Numbered from the stretch's first letter, positions 25,901 through 39,308 are shown. The stretch is DNA of 64,000 bases from Lingula anatina (GCA_051362555.1 CM120649.1:1674001-1738000), one strand, 5' to 3'. The notes: generated from the letters alone by a model not told the origin. Translations and numbers: made by a program.

Positions 25901-27262
25901 GACAGCCCAACCCCATGTTGCAGTAAATTTCTGTGCAGGGATGCCTATGCACACAATTTAAGCTGTCAAAAACACAATGTAAATATAATTAAGAATCGCC
26001 ACCCACACTGACAAATCAAATCCCAGTTGTACTAAAATCCTCATGTGCGAAACTCAGGTTTAATTATCCCCAAGGCTTCCTCACGCTTATGGTCAAGGGG
26101 GAGTTAGCTGAAATTTCAAGTTAAAAAGAATTTGTTATCATCCAACTCCCAGGGACATGCCGCCACACAATCCACTATGAAATTCCAAAGTCACCATGCA
26201 CATGATTCATTAAAAATATTAAAGTCTATCAATACCAAAATTATCTCACTCTTGTGCTACAAGAGGGGATGGCAAAAATTACAGTGTAAAAGGAATTGAG
26301 AATCAGAAGCGACGTCTTTTGTCTAAAAGGTGCGGGCATAACAAGCAATCAATTTTGTCAAGTGCAATGTTGTTTTGTCACCGATAACCATTTAACGTCA
26401 TGATAAGCCTGATAAAATCACGAAATCAAATAGCCGTCTTACCTTGACCGGTGTAACAGTAATCAAAAGCCCCCTACGGACCTCGGTTCCTGGTAATGGT
26501 TGTCCGTAGGACTAACATTACTAGGGATCCTGCAGGGACTTAGGTTCCTGGCTCAGAATTAGAGTAGGTAGGACTTGTATTACTGTCGGACTTTCATTCC
26601 TATTTCATTCCTATGACGGTAATACAAGTCCGGCCATTTGAAAGTCCTATCTTTAGGCAATAATACGGATAAATGAAAAAACGGTGTTTTGACGTGGCTG
26701 GAGCAACATTGATTTTACGTTGAATTTAGGTAAATCAACGGCAATTCAACGTATCTACCTGTTTTCAACGTTGATCCAACGTCACTATGCCTGCTGGGAG
26801 GGTGAATGAACACAGAAAACCAATGACTGTATATTGGCAATACCAGATCTGCCATTTCTAAACGTGTAATAAACACCAGTCACAGTACTGTCTGGAATTC
26901 AACTAAGATCCTTGAATCCAAGTCATCTGATATCCTACGTTAGATACGAGAGGTTATCAACATCAGCCGTCACCAGCCACCCATGAATAGGGTCGGGAAG
27001 GACAATCTACCTGACATTTATAAGAGGGCCGTGGCCACATATTGGTCACTGAGTATCAACATCTGCTCAAGTCATTCTGATAAAGGCCTTCATCCAGGTT
27101 GGCCGGAAGCTTCCAGTAGTTTTCTAGGCTTGTGTTTGAAAATATTCATTTACTACTTTATAAATGTGTTTGTATATTACTGACTATGCAATGTGCTCTA
27201 GTAAAAACGGGGTCAAGGTGTCCATAAAATAAATTTCTTTTCTTTCAGAATCGGCGGAATAA
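15819..27262 (+). CDS. Gene B: secreted 3-EGF-like protein (SP-A-B-C), 158 aa
   Basis: join(15819..15909,23506..23622,23922..24035,24466..24606,27249..27262) = 477 nt; all introns GT-AG and phase 1; no stops. MTGLLFCPSLVLALMACVFLSQTQLSQTST / VNCSAGSCYNFGICKDNADDPSGFHCICTYDFFGKRCEL / RVCQLSDCKNGATCAENTTNSETSCICPEGYNGTACEI / AHCGENAQCTNMQRNIQVPEKNENCNAEFEELCVCNDDYIGNGINCT / KSAE*. Confidence 0.85.
16227..20110. mobile_element. Academ-like DNA transposon derivative with fold-back structure
   Basis: Termini TAGGGCCAGACAATTTTCAC / GTGAAAATTGTCTGGTCCTA; ~560-bp TIR, with inverted homology continuing to ~17450/18585. Degenerate transposase C-terminus on both strands: FVCNLF..NEARF on minus; GWEIKNNELEVKWMTHPAPESVL..CSCRAYKLSCTDVCGCENCTN on plus. 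Confidence 0.75.
21540..22335 (+). mobile_element. Degenerate Tc1/mariner transposase relic
   Basis: Fragments QDRYIRLHHLLDRF and DVLPRPSYSPNMNPTEHLW resemble the Tc1 WPxxSPDLNPIEHLW motif. Confidence 0.75.
22897..22955. repeat. (TTTA)n microsatellite
   Basis: Seen directly. Confidence 0.95.
23506..23622 (+). CDS. Gene B EGF exon type A
   Basis: TTTCAG|...|GTAAGC; C-x4-C-x5-C-x11-C-x-C-x8-C. Confidence 0.9.
23922..24035 (+). CDS. Gene B EGF exon type B
   Basis: TTTCAG|...|GTAAAC; canonical six-Cys EGF with CKNGATC. Confidence 0.9.
24466..24606 (+). CDS. Gene B EGF exon type C (atypical)
   Basis: TTTCAG|...|GTAAGT; CGENAQC...C...CVC..YIGNGINC. Confidence 0.9.
24814..25530. mobile_element. 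PIF/Harbinger-like MITE with CTG (CWG) TSD
   Basis: TIR GCAACCGTTTCACAAA / TTTGTGAAACGGGGGC flanked by CTG on both sides; the empty site CATAACCTGAAAATAAT is in the gene D intron at ~53787. Confidence 0.8.
26799..27115 (+). mobile_element. Penelope-like relic in last intron of gene B
   Basis: Duplicate of 1535-1850. Confidence 0.7.
27249..27262 (+). CDS. Gene B terminal coding exon (KSAE*)
   Basis: Strong pyrimidine tract plus CAG; in-frame stop; conserved in every gene copy. Confidence 0.8.
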
Positions 27263-27724
27263 ACAACCAGAAAATGAAATAACAAAAATCGCAGGAGAGG
27301 ATACACAGTTTTGAAGATGAAATTAACACCCATGTTTATTAAAAATATTAATTTGGACATTCATTGAAAATTATGTATGAATTAAGTATATCAATTGAAA
27401 ATAGATATTTTGGGCATTGCATTTGGTTCTTTTTCCATTTTCTCCTCTCATTTGTTTTGCTGTTTATGATTCTAAACATAAAACCTTGTCGTATTTGGTT
27501 AAAGTACGAATAGAAATGAAAGTTGACAACGCACTACGGTCACTGGATTATTTTTCATGTTTTTAATATTTCAATAACAAATACGTACCACACTGCCTAA
27601 CTCCCGCATTGGCCACAACAGACTCATAACCAGCTGTAATAAAAGGCCAATTTTATGAGTGATTGAAGGAAGAGTGATTGCAGGAAAATCTCTAATTTTT
27701 TGAAGTTCCAACCAGTTTCTGTGT

Positions 27725-27765
<41 letters not shown>

Positions 27766-29060
27766 GTTTAACGGGGTCTGTCGTGTACAGCAAACAGTGT
27801 ATCTAGCCGAGCTATAGTATCATATTAATTTACAAATTTATCACATTGGTAATTCCGATCCGTTCCACCAGGAAAACAGTGATGCCAATGCCAAATATCA
27901 ACGTTTAAATTTCTAGATAAATATTTATTTATTGTAAGGAGGAAGTTTGTATATTACTAACATGTATTTGCCCTTTTCTTGGCCTGTTTTGGTTGAATAA
28001 TTTGGCTGATATTCCAACACTAACCTAGCCTAACCTAGCTGCTTCGGCATTCATAGCACACACAAACGAGAGAGAGAGAGAGAGGGACCAATGCCAAGGA
28101 TAGAAGGATTTTTTAAAGTTTTATTTACTCGGACTAAATCTTGCCTGACGACAAAGTCCAATTTCGCGTTCAGAATAAGCAAGTCGACTTAACAATCATC
28201 GATTTGCATATAGTCGTATATGAAAAGCGATGCTTGTTTAGTCACATTGCTTATTCTGGATAATTCAATATCATCCAAAGCGTCATACGGGTTTCCATTC
28301 GTTTTAATCCCTACGTCCTGAAATTAACTGGGTAGTGCAAATAAAATATAACAGAGAGGCCTCTTTGTTGCAATGTTTTGGCTGTTATTCCATAACGCGC
28401 GCACACACACACACACGCACATAGAAGAGAAAGAGAGAGAGAGAGGGAGGGCCAAAAAACTGACAGCTAGATCGCTGCCACGGAAAAAGGTTATCATAAA
28501 TTTGATTTAACTGAGAAATTCAAATATAATGTCGCAATCTAGTTATAGACCTTCATAAACTCTGGTTGAATGTTTTAGGTTACCTGTTACAAATTCGTCC
28601 ACATCCAGCATTTTAGGTGGTGGACAGACTAAACACATGTGTGTGTGAGAGAGAGAGAGAGAGACTGAATTTCATCAGAAATAATCATCGTAACAATTGG
28701 GTCAATTCGTTGGGAAACATTGTAATAAAAAAGACAAAAAAAAGTTTGCAAGAGTTGCCTTTACTGCTTTACCCAACACTAATATTTGTCAAGCTGCATG
28801 AGTGTTTATGGAAGTCCCGACCTGTATGGACATTTTCTAGGTCAAATATAAAACTACACTGATGTACCGGTACTTGCAGTATATTATAATCAGTAGTGAG
28901 GAGAGTTTGCATTTCCTGACCTGACATCAACGAGGAAAAACGAGGTAATTTCTATGTTAACTGAGAAATATTGTGATCAGTGCAATTCTGTAACTTGGTG
29001 GTGATCTTATCCACTGCGTACACTGATCGTTGCTAAATAGCCAGTGGAATGTATCTCAGC

Positions 29061-29218
29061 CAGGGGCGGACGGAAACTGTCTTCTGGGTCAGATTTTTTC
29101 CAAATTTATATTAACGGGCATCTAACTTTTTTGCTGTTGCAAGAAGGTCAAAAATCTTAGATGGAACAATAAAGATAATTTGGAAGACTCTCAGAAAATA
29201 TATCTGAATCCTCCCCTG
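29061..29218. mobile_element. ~160-bp MITE (duplicate of 3822-3979)
   Basis: Same termini and internal sequence. Confidence 0.65.
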
Positions 29219-30468
29219 ACAGTGTTTCCGGTGGAGTGGAATGCTTCCTCTGTAATATATTTAGTTTAAGCTTGGCCAGGAATCCAATTAACCTTTAAAT
29301 ACCAAATACTGATTAATAAAGGAGATGGTTGCCTGATATCACACTTTTAACAACCGCCTTTAGAATTTTAAGAGATGGATAGTGAATGTGTGAGAATAGA
29401 CACTCTCCATTTGTTGAAACAATTTCGTACATTCAACCACATATAGAGAAAATTTTGTTTCAAGTAATTCAACCATAAATATATATATATTTATTTTGCA
29501 ATTCTGATGTACTGTACAGTATCGACTTTCGTCTCTCATTTTAGTGACAAAGTGACAAAGAAATTACAAAGCAATTTATCAGCGCAAATACTGATACCAG
29601 GAGATATGTTAAATTGACCTCTATAGACTGATATTTCTTCCTGTTATCTCTATTTGTAAATTTTAATAAAACTAACAAACCCAAGTGATTAGGTGGACCT
29701 TTTATAAACAAGGAATTGATAATGCCCGTTAAGGTGGTATTAAATTTGAAGTATTCTGTCTCGGGTGAGTGCCAACGTACACAATTTTATTTATTTTCCC
29801 TACTGTTTAGTAACAAAAGTAAGAGATCACGTTTTCCCGCCCGTCTGAGAGCCGGTACGTCGGTGCATTGATGATTTCTGCTACCTTTTCTTAGACTATT
29901 AGGGTTGGTAAGTTCGGGCATTTCGGGCAATTTTCACTTAACAGATTGGGCTGCTACTTCATCAATATCCAATTTTAAAATCTCGTTCTAATGGTCTAGC
30001 AGGAGTTGGCAAAAATTGCAGCGTGAAAATTAAGATTGAACCCATCCCCATTGTAATGCATTCTACAATTTTCTACTTGGCCATTAGAATCAGAGAGATG
30101 AAACTTAGGGAAACGATAGACCTATCATCAGGGACGTGCGTTAGGGCTTTGGGATTTAAAAGTGCCTATTGATAGGCCTGTCCCCGGGGATGGATAATTA
30201 TAATTTCCTGGATTGTAAATTGAGCTATTTCCCTTAGAACTATAGTGAAAAAGTTGAAGCTTTTGGGATTGAATGCGCCAGATAATTTGCTTCCTATCTG
30301 AAGGAACCGATAGCCAATTCACAAAGATATTTTAAAGTGAATAAAAGATGGGCTAAATAAAGAGTCAAAGCAAGAGTGAACGACAATCTAGCCAACCGTT
30401 ATATATTATCTTTATCTCTAGATATAGTTTTATTCAGGTGTACATGAAATATATTTCTTTTCTTTCAG

Positions 30469-32029
30469 ACGTGACGGGATAAACCCCGGGATATACAATA
30501 GGGGATCTACCTTTATTTGATTATATTAAAAACCAAAATTATAATAAATATTCATTTGGACATTCATTGAAAATTCTATCTCAATTAAGCATATGTATTG
30601 AAAATAAAATATTTTGGGCATTGCATTTTATTATTTTTATTGCTCCGCAATTTTTACATCTCTTTTGTTTTACCATTTATGATTCTTAACATAGAACCCT
30701 TGTCGTTTTTAGCACGAACATATATAGACATTGACAAAACTATATGGTCAATGGATTATTTTTAAAGTTTTTTTTTTATATTTCATTAACAAATACCACA
30801 TTGCATTGTATCCAAACTGTGGTGCAAGTGCAGTTGTGAGCAAACTCTCTGCTTGACTACATTACAACATATTTCATGATTTTAAGGCTCAAGATTATTG
30901 GCCCTATATCTTGCAATGGTGAAACGTCCTTTTAAGAAATTTTCGGTGCATATGGTGATCCAGATCAAAATTATATAAAAAAAGTTTAAGTAGTCCCTGG
31001 CCTAACCTGAAATTTCATCAAAGCTGTTACTTGTATCTCTTGCAAAACTATATGAAGTATACATGCACTAGTTGAAAAGTGCCTTGTGTCTTGTTCGCAT
31101 GATCTGCCTTGATATTTGTGTCATAATTTTATTGATTTGCATTCCCTGATGATGAAACCCATATTTATTCATTCATTCATCCTTTCATTTGTCCATGTTT
31201 ACGAACATTTTTATTTCAAATATACAACATTGGTCAAAAAGGTTGTCCCACCTCTAATTCTATGTGCTTTTGTTTAAAAGACGCCACCAGATAGTACCAA
31301 ATTTACACACAAATAGCATGGGGATGTGCTTGTTAAAGGTCACGTGTCAAAACATCGTGTATGTCTATTGCGTACTGCAATTATCCCCTGCATCGGACGC
31401 CATTTTATGTCATCTTTTAGTTTTTTTACAGCAAGGGATGATATGTTGTCTTCAAATCCAGTGCCAAATGGAAGTCATCATTGTGATTATAAGGCAAACT
31501 GTTGTAAAGCAAATGACTTACACTTTCAATAATTACAGATAACAATTAAAACGGAATCAAATGTGTAAAAGGATAGCTATGAAGTATAATGATAACTATG
31601 GATGTGCTATAGTGACGATGCCTACAAAGGGAGGGATTAACGTGCTACAGTAAGAATTCTTTATTTATAAATGTACTTTGGAATTAAGGAGCTTCACACA
31701 AAAAATATTTTTAGTTAATTGTGAGAGATAATTTATAATATTATGTAGCACAATTGGTGATGAAAACTTCTACTCGAAGTATCAGAAGATATTTGTCTTT
31801 AGTGCTACTTTCCTTAATAAGGTCTAAAGGTGATGTTTAACTGAACCATGTCACTCAATGAACCAAATGTTTCACTCTTCAATATTTCAATCCCCTTGTA
31901 TTTTTTTTTCAGTCGAGTGCGACTCTAGAAAATGTTTCGACCGCGGGACCTGCGTACTGCACAGATATGGCCTGTTTTGCTTCCGGTGTCAATGTCTCGA
32001 AGGTTTTTAAGGACTGCGATGCAGTGTGG
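30469..32029 (+). pseudogene. Duplicated pseudogene remnants: terminal exon 30469-30482, degenerate exons 31432-31649 and 31913-32029
   Basis: Paralogous to 6161-7645, with the same TAA stop in the 117-nt EGF exon; the signal exon is deleted in this copy. Confidence 0.8.
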
Positions 32030-32429
32030 GTGAGTTCTCTCCCCTCCAGACTGCACATTTACCTGTAGTCAACCAGTGTTCCGTTATTATGATGCAAGAG
32101 TAGCTTATATGGTCTGAGATCAGGTGCCTCTCTGTGTAATTGTGATACTGCAAGTGCCAAAATTCTAGTGATTAAATTTAGCCATTGGCTAAATAATTCC
32201 AATATGTAGCCAAATGATATAATAACGCCCGTTAAGTTGATTTGAAAGTGAGAAGTACACAATCGTTTGCGTATATATATATTAAAAAGAAAAATAGAAC
32301 AGCAGCTTTTTTGCCCCGACAGTTTTCATTGCATCTTCAGGGGGTTTGTTTATTTTGCTTACTATATGATGTCATAAAGGCTCAGTGTGATGTCTCTAAC
32401 AATGGATATTTGTGGTAATGGTAATGATG

Positions 32430-32720
32430 TTATGGTAATGAGTGTAAAAGGAAAAATTGAGACAGATGTGTATTACAAAACAACAGACACAAAGCAATAT
32501 ATCCCTTTTAACTCGTGTCATCCCAGACACATTAAGCACAACATACCATACAATCTAACTCGAAGACTATGCACAATTGTCTCAAATGAAACCATATTAA
32601 AACAAAGGCTCAAAGAGCTGGAAGGATTTCTATTAAGGAGACAATACCCAAGACAACTGATACAAACTGGGATTAAAAAAGCAGATACAGAAGAAAGACC
32701 CGAGGACCACCAAAGTCAAA
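32430..32720 (+). mobile_element. Penelope-like element RT C-terminal fragment
   Basis: IETDVYYKTTDTKQYIPFNSCHPRHIKHNIPYNLTRRLCTIVS...LLRRQYP matches the PLE RT thumb-region pattern. Confidence 0.8.
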
Positions 32721-33249
32721 TGAAAAAAGGAAGCCATACCGTACATATCGACATACATGTACCTATATATATGACTCGCCAGGGTTTTATATCTTCCCAT
32801 TGTATGTACATGTACAGGTATATCGACAGATGCAGTAAAAAAGAGACAAAAGATTTGAATTTAAGTTCAGTTTTATATTTTGAAAACTGAGCACATCTAA
32901 ATGCACCCTAGTGGTCTAAAAATTAAGCCCCCTAACTGACTACAGAAACGACTACTGTACTTTCATCACTTCCAATTTCAAAATTCAGAATTGTTCAATA
33001 ATCCAAATATACTACAAGACGTATTGATGCAGTAAATCCGTTTTCACGGTAACCCCCGTCGCAAACACAAAATTGGTATGATGCTTAATGACACTTGTCA
33101 TAGTTCTCGGTCAATTACGTACATACAGGGACTAAGGTTAATGCGTCCGCAGCTTGACAAATTATTTTTTATTAATATTGATTTATTATTAAAACTGAAA
33201 GTTGTAAAGGGAGCTCTGACCGATTTATTGTTTGCCAATTTGATTTGAA

Positions 33250-34210
33250 GTGTTACTCTTTAGAGTTAATGATGTTGCACCAGCTCCCCTGTCCGAGCAC
33301 GCATTTTATTTAAAGATGCATACAAAGTCAATTTTTTGTCATAAAAACCAACCAAATGCCAGCATATAGTTTCAGGTAGTATAACTAAGAGAATTACCAA
33401 AAGGCATTGTTTAATTTTACCCGAAAGTGATGTTTGAAAAGATTTTTCTGCCAGCATTCTATGCTGTATGTCAATGGGGCAGAAAAGAAGGTCACGAAAG
33501 TAGGTTTAATTGACAACCAAAAATTTAAAGAAAGGAGCACTCTAAAGCTCTTTTATGGCTGATCGGGTGATTTATTCAGTTTATCCCTTGGCATGTCGAA
33601 TTTATTAGAGTCGTATAAGAAACTAGTAGAAGTGGTTTACATGTGTTACTGGGAATCCACGCTCCACCGATGCTCGGTTCGTATGTGCCTTTAAACTTTT
33701 AACATTTGTACATGCAGCATTTTATAAACCTGCACCCTCTTATTTAAAAGAGCTAGTTCCACATTATATGCCATCACGAAATCTTAGATCAGGTGACCAC
33801 AATCTTTTTAAGGCTTGTAAGGCAAGTTTGGTGTTGTTCAGTGAAAAAGCTTTTTTAAAATTGCAGCACGAGAGAGAGAATGGAATACTCTGCCCATCAA
33901 TCTTAGTCAAATTGTAGGCCCTGGAGATTTTAAAAAGGAACTTAAAACCTACCTTTTTAAGCAATATTATTTTTGAATTCTTGTAATATTACATTTTACG
34001 AATAATTGTTCTTAGTTCATGGCCTAATTTTCATCTCTTATTCTTTTTTGTAGGCCTATATCTTTTTTTTACCTTTAACTTTTTTATATAACTATTTTCC
34101 TTCTTTTCATCTTATGACCATTTGTATTTTTTCCTTTTAATTGTGAATTTTATAAAGTTTATTTTGTAAAATCTATTGAATATACGTTGGATTTTAGCCT
34201 ATAAATAAAT
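33250..34210 (+). mobile_element. L2/CR1-type LINE 3' fragment interrupted by a MITE
   Basis: After removing the MITE it reads PVRARILFKLLTFVHAAFYKPAPSYLKEL..PSRNLRS..EWNTLP..FKKELKTYLF, followed by an AATAAA-rich tail. Confidence 0.75.
33314..33690 (-). mobile_element. 377-bp TTAA-targeting MITE (Kolobok-like), copy 1
   Basis: Flanked by TTAA on both sides; termini AGATGCATAC / GTATGTGCCT. Confidence 0.85.
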
Positions 34211-34249
34211 AAATATATGTTATTATTATTAAACTGCAAAACATCGTCG

Positions 34250-34830
34250 TCTGTTTCTCAAATGAATTGGGGACCATGACCGTTTCTGGGTAGAACAATG
34301 AAACCGCGTGACTTTCTTTATTGAGGTCATATTTCACCTGCACCACTCAACCAGTCAACACAGAATTTACAGAAATCCAGAAGAGGCCTACGACTAACGT
34401 GTCTCGCCTCTAAAGTGATTAAGGTCCTTGACAGCGTCAGTATTTGGAGTGGATACCACACTGGTTCCAAAACGTTAATGGTAGTCATCAATGAAAACCT
34501 GAACCAGATCAAATAAAGGAATAATCTTGAAACCACTTGACTATCACTTGATAGCGGGCACCTTGGGAACAATTTTAGGTTGCACGATGAGATCGCCGGT
34601 TCAGACACAACACTTTTAATATCGGATACCTTACAGAATCAAGGAAATGAGCAGCTACCTTGGTCATCAAAATTGCCATTTTTGAACCACATAGACAATA
34701 TTTGGGTAGACAATACAATCAACAGTCTATATGTCTTACAACAAAACTGAACCAAATTGTACGAATTGTGACCGATGCCTAAAATGTTATTCCAGATTGA
34801 ACTCTAAAAACCTATCCCAATGAAAACTTT
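34250..34830 (+). mobile_element. Degenerate Tc1-like transposase fragment
   Basis: VSIWSGYHTGSKTLMVVINENLNQ and LQNQGNEQLPWSSKLPFLNHIDNIW resemble Tc1 DDE motifs. Confidence 0.6.
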
Positions 34831-37801
34831 TCCGCTTGAGAGCCCTGACAGCACCCAGATGAGTTCAGGCGTAACAGCAACCGTTGCTTTGACTAGACAC
34901 TGACATGAGGGTCCCTTGTAGGGCGTCTTACCCTTTTACGGACGGTACTTGGGGAAAAATGTATATCCCAACTATCTCTTTTAATTCTTGTCGAGTGACT
35001 TAGAATAGGCATGTATTTTTGTTTGCTTCAGTGGCGAATTTAATTAATGAACTGATGTCACAATGACATCAAAGAGATAATTAAGGTAATAATAATTGTT
35101 TGTTTGAGATTCAAAATTCCGTAAGAAATACATTGTAAACAACGCATGGCAATATATCATATTGCATTTTATCACTAAAACGGCCGTAATTGTAGTAAAA
35201 CTAAAATCTGTGCTTTCGATGCCCATTTCTCGGTCGTCAAGCCATCCGTTACTAATGACGTAGGAATGGCACGCGGATTCGCGTTCATTCGAGATCAAAA
35301 CAACAAATGGCGGAAGAAATCGAGGAAGAAAGCAGACCCGTGATGCAGTCCTCACACGTAAGTTGCGAGTTTTTGTACAGTTCGTTAGATAACGAAAAGT
35401 CCAGTACTGCTCACATTGTAGATATAAATGGATTTTGAGTAATAAGTCGAATATATCTTATGAATCTTATATTATTGTTATATAGTGTTGTTGCTGTCTG
35501 CTTGTCCCGCGGTTTTAAGCAGGTCACCACATAATCTTGCTCGATATCGCGTGACTATGCAATGTCAGAGAGGGCTCCGTCTGTTCAAAAAAAAAAAAAA
35601 GAACTTTTAAAAATGAAAAAAACCTGGACTAACTTTGAATGCAGGAACGGAGTCATTAACCATTGGTTGGTATGGGAAAATTGCCGTTTACTCCAGGAAA
35701 ATCCAATGTATGGCCAAAATGAAGAGTTATTATGCCTTTAGAAGTTACTAAAACACGATTTTTATCATTATTTTCATTTGCCAGTCAGCAAAATAGGAAA
35801 CACTGATGCAAAATAATTTGGAAACAAATATTCAATATTAAATGTCAAGTTTGTTTTTAAAGGTGTAGTAATGACAATGTATACAAGTATTAGATAAATG
35901 GCTTTTTATGTCACACGTTCCGGTACATAGTGTGATTTTGTCGTTTATCAAATTTACAAGTAAACATGTTTTGATTTGGTTCGTAGAAAGACGTGCTTAC
36001 CGAATGGCAAGATAGAGGTAGTAAACCAGCATTGCTTTTCATTAGTCATGTACTGAAAGTAATTTCATATTACCTAATGCGGGTTTAAATTATGTATCAA
36101 AGTAGCATTGAGTTAAAAGAGTAGGTAAAAGACGAGGAAAAACCAAGTAAGTTTTATGTAAACTGAGAAATATTTTGATAATAACTATATATTAGTTATT
36201 GCTGCAATCCTGCAACTTTATGGTGACCCTTGCGCACACTGATCGTTGGTAACTAAACAGTGAAATATCTCTCAGAGGTTCTGGTGGAGGTGGTGCTTTC
36301 TCTCAAATATATGTTAAATTTGACAGGGAAAGACATTCTTACCGAACTGTATGGCAAGATAGAGGTAGTAAACAAGCATTGCTTTTCATTAGTCATATAC
36401 TGAAAGTAAATTCATAATACCTGACGCGTCATACTGGTTTACATTATGTATCGCAGTAGTCTTGATATTGGCTGTATGATGCAAATGACATATGTGACTG
36501 GTGTGAGAGGCCTACTTTGGATGCATTTTTGGCTGATATTCCAACACTTTCTCGCCCTTACCTAACTGTTTAGGCATGCGCAACGCACACGCACACACAC
36601 ACACACATACAAAGACACATAGACACAAGAACAAGAAAGAGAGGGGGAGAGAGAAAAAAATCTTACAGCTAGATTGCTGTTAGGGATAGGAGAAAAAAAA
36701 TTGATTTTACTCATCGATGCAAATAAAATTTACAAACAAAAAGTAGTTTTGGCCAGAGTTTCCTTAACCGCCATACCTAATTACTTATATATGCCAAGAT
36801 ATAGGTGTGTTTATGGAAGTCCCTATACCTAAGTTTTCTAGATCCCATATAAAAATACACCTTTCATGCTGAACGAACGGAACCGATGAAAGACCTACAA
36901 ACGGCGTGTGGCAGTAAACGGGGCATCATTTATTTATATAACCACTTTCGTGGTTGGATGGCTTCTAGTGTGCCACGTTTTTCATGAGATACACTGATGT
37001 ACTGACAGTATATTAATTCACATTGAGTAGGTGAAAAGATGAGGAAAAACCAGGTGAGTTTTATGTAAACTGAGAAATATTTTGATTGCTGCAATCCTGC
37101 AACTTGATGGTGATCCCTTGCACACACTGGTTGTTGCTAAATAAACAGTAAAATATATCCCGGTGGTTCTAGTAGAGGGTGGTGCTTCCTCTCAAATATT
37201 TGTTACATTTGACAGGGAATCCAGGGGACTTGAAGACTACCAAAGGCTGATTTATACAAGAGGCGATAACCTTACAGTGGGGTTCATAATAATGTGTCTT
37301 TTGTTTTCCGTTTCATAGCATTTAAAATATTTCAATGCCTTTTTTTGTGAATAGAGAGGGGTGGGCAAACAATGGACAACTAAACAATCCAGTCAAATCC
37401 TACACGGAATAACACAGTAACTCAAATGGAAAAACACAATAGCTTTGCTGAGTGAACACCATGGCCCGGTATGTGTGGTCTATTAGGAGTGGGACTATCC
37501 CCTGTAGCTAGGTGTCATTTACAGCAGGGTGCATCAGCCTAAAGATCACCATTGTTTGTTACGGTGACAATTAAGCCGATAGCTTTAAGTGGCTGGGAAC
37601 AATGCAGACGCGTGCTACGACAATCAGTCCAAGAGCCAGCTGTTTTGCCATTATCTTATATCCCCGTCACGCTATAGAGGCGGAATGAGCAAGAATGCCG
37701 TCGGAAAGACAATTCTTTGTGCGTTCCTGGATACTCGAAGAGTTCTGGTAATGGTTCTGCTTGATACCTGCTGATTCCGAATAAGTGTGACGGGGGCTTA
37801 A

Positions 37802-38178
37802 AGGTACATACGAACCGAGCATCGGTGGAGCCTGGATTCCCAGTAACACATGTAAACCACTTCTACTAGATTCTTATATGACTCAAATAAATTCGACATG
37901 CAAAGGGAAAAACTGAATAGATCACTCGATGAGCCATAAAAGACCTTTAGACTGCTCCTTTCTTTAAATTTATGGTTGTAAATTTAACCTACTTTCGTGA
38001 CCTACTTTCCTGCCCCATTGACATACAGCTTAGAATCCCAGCAGAAAAATCCGTTCAAACATCATTTTCGGGTAAAATTATACAATGCCTTTTGGTAAAT
38101 CTCTTAGTTATACTACATGAAACTATATGCTGGCATTTGGTTGGTTTCTGTGACAAAAAATTGACTTTGTATGCATCT
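37802..38178 (+). mobile_element. 377-bp Kolobok-like MITE, copy 2
   Basis: TTAA|AGGTACATAC...GTATGCATCT|TTAA. Confidence 0.85.
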
Positions 38179-38275
38179 TTAATCTATGCATATTGTCACA
38201 TTTTATCATTGCATCTATCCCATATATTAATAAGTGGTGCTTGTTATCATGACACTGCTATTGCTGATACATTAA

Positions 38276-38652
38276 AGGTACATACGAACCGAGCATCGGT
38301 GGAGCGTGGATTCTCAGTAACACATGTAAACCACTTCTACTAGATTCTTATATGCCTCAAATAAATTTGACATGCCAAGGGATAAACTGAATAGATCACT
38401 CGATCAGCCATAAAAGACCTTTAGACTGCTTCTTTCTTTAAATTTATGGTTGTAAATTTAACCTACTTCCGTGACCTACTTTCCTGCCCCATTGACATAC
38501 AGCTTAGAATGCCAGCAGAAAAATCTGTTCAAACATCATTTTCGGGTAAAATTAAACAATGCCTTTTGGTAATTCTCTTAGTTATACTATTTGAAACTAT
38601 ATACTGGCATTTGGTTGGTTTTTGTGACAAAAAATTGACTTTGTATGCATCT
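38276..38652 (+). mobile_element. 377-bp Kolobok-like MITE, copy 3
   Basis: TTAA TSD; the uninserted paralogous site is at ~51790-51815. Confidence 0.88.
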
Positions 38653-39223
38653 TTAATAAGTAGTGCTCAGCATCATAATAAAACACGCTGAGGGAGGGGG
38701 GGGGGTCACGGTGTAATTGGATGGTTAGTGAGGTTACGTTTCATTTTTATGAAGAAAGTGAAAAGTAAAAACGTATGATTATTATAATTATACTGCACAG
38801 ATGAATCGTCTAAAATAGCATTTCAGATGTTTAATGTTGAAATACTTTATGTATAAAATGATAAAACATGGCTTTACAAAATGTGAATTAGTGCATTTTT
38901 GTTCTTCGAGGAAATAATATTCCATATACAAAGTATTATACACCTGGAATATCCAGCAAACAAAACACAATACAAGATTTTTTTACAAAATTTTGATTGG
39001 AGACACTGAACCACTCGTTCTCACAAGCAACTGCTGCGGGAATGACTTATTATGGCCTTGAAACAAACGACCATGTTGCAATTTGTTGAGCCCTATTTAG
39101 TTTAAAGATTTTCTTGCATGTCTGATGGTGTTGGCATTTTAATACTTTTTTCTTCTGAACATCTTATTTTATTCCAGCATAGAAGTGCTATAAAAAGGGA
39201 ATGTATCTAACATCAACCAAACA

Positions 39224-39308
39224 ATGATGGGAGTGTTCTTCTGCCCGAGCCTTGTTTTGGCCTTGATGGCCTTACTCAGTCAAACTCAGCTTAGCCATAC
39301 TAGTACCT
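39224..39308 (+). CDS. Gene C signal-peptide exon
   Basis: ATG ATG GGA GTG..., donor GTAAGT at 39309. Confidence 0.85.

Larger units (their letters stand above)
25276..32360 (+). repeat. Segmental duplication, copy 2 (matches 1-8025 plus 11954-11968)
   Basis: Near-identical to copy 1, except for a ~0.9-kb deletion at ~29490, a small insertion at ~31065-31145 and absence of the 8026-11953 TE. Confidence 0.95.

Noticed and set aside
27257-27264. AATAAA overlapping the stop codon as the poly(A) signal
   Set aside because: About 350 nt of conserved 3' UTR-like sequence follows, with other candidate signals (e.g. 27638); this cannot be decided from sequence alone.
35030-35870. Unique GC-richer segment, possibly a TE end or an unrelated first exon
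   Set aside because: No TIR pair, TSD or coding signature could be established.
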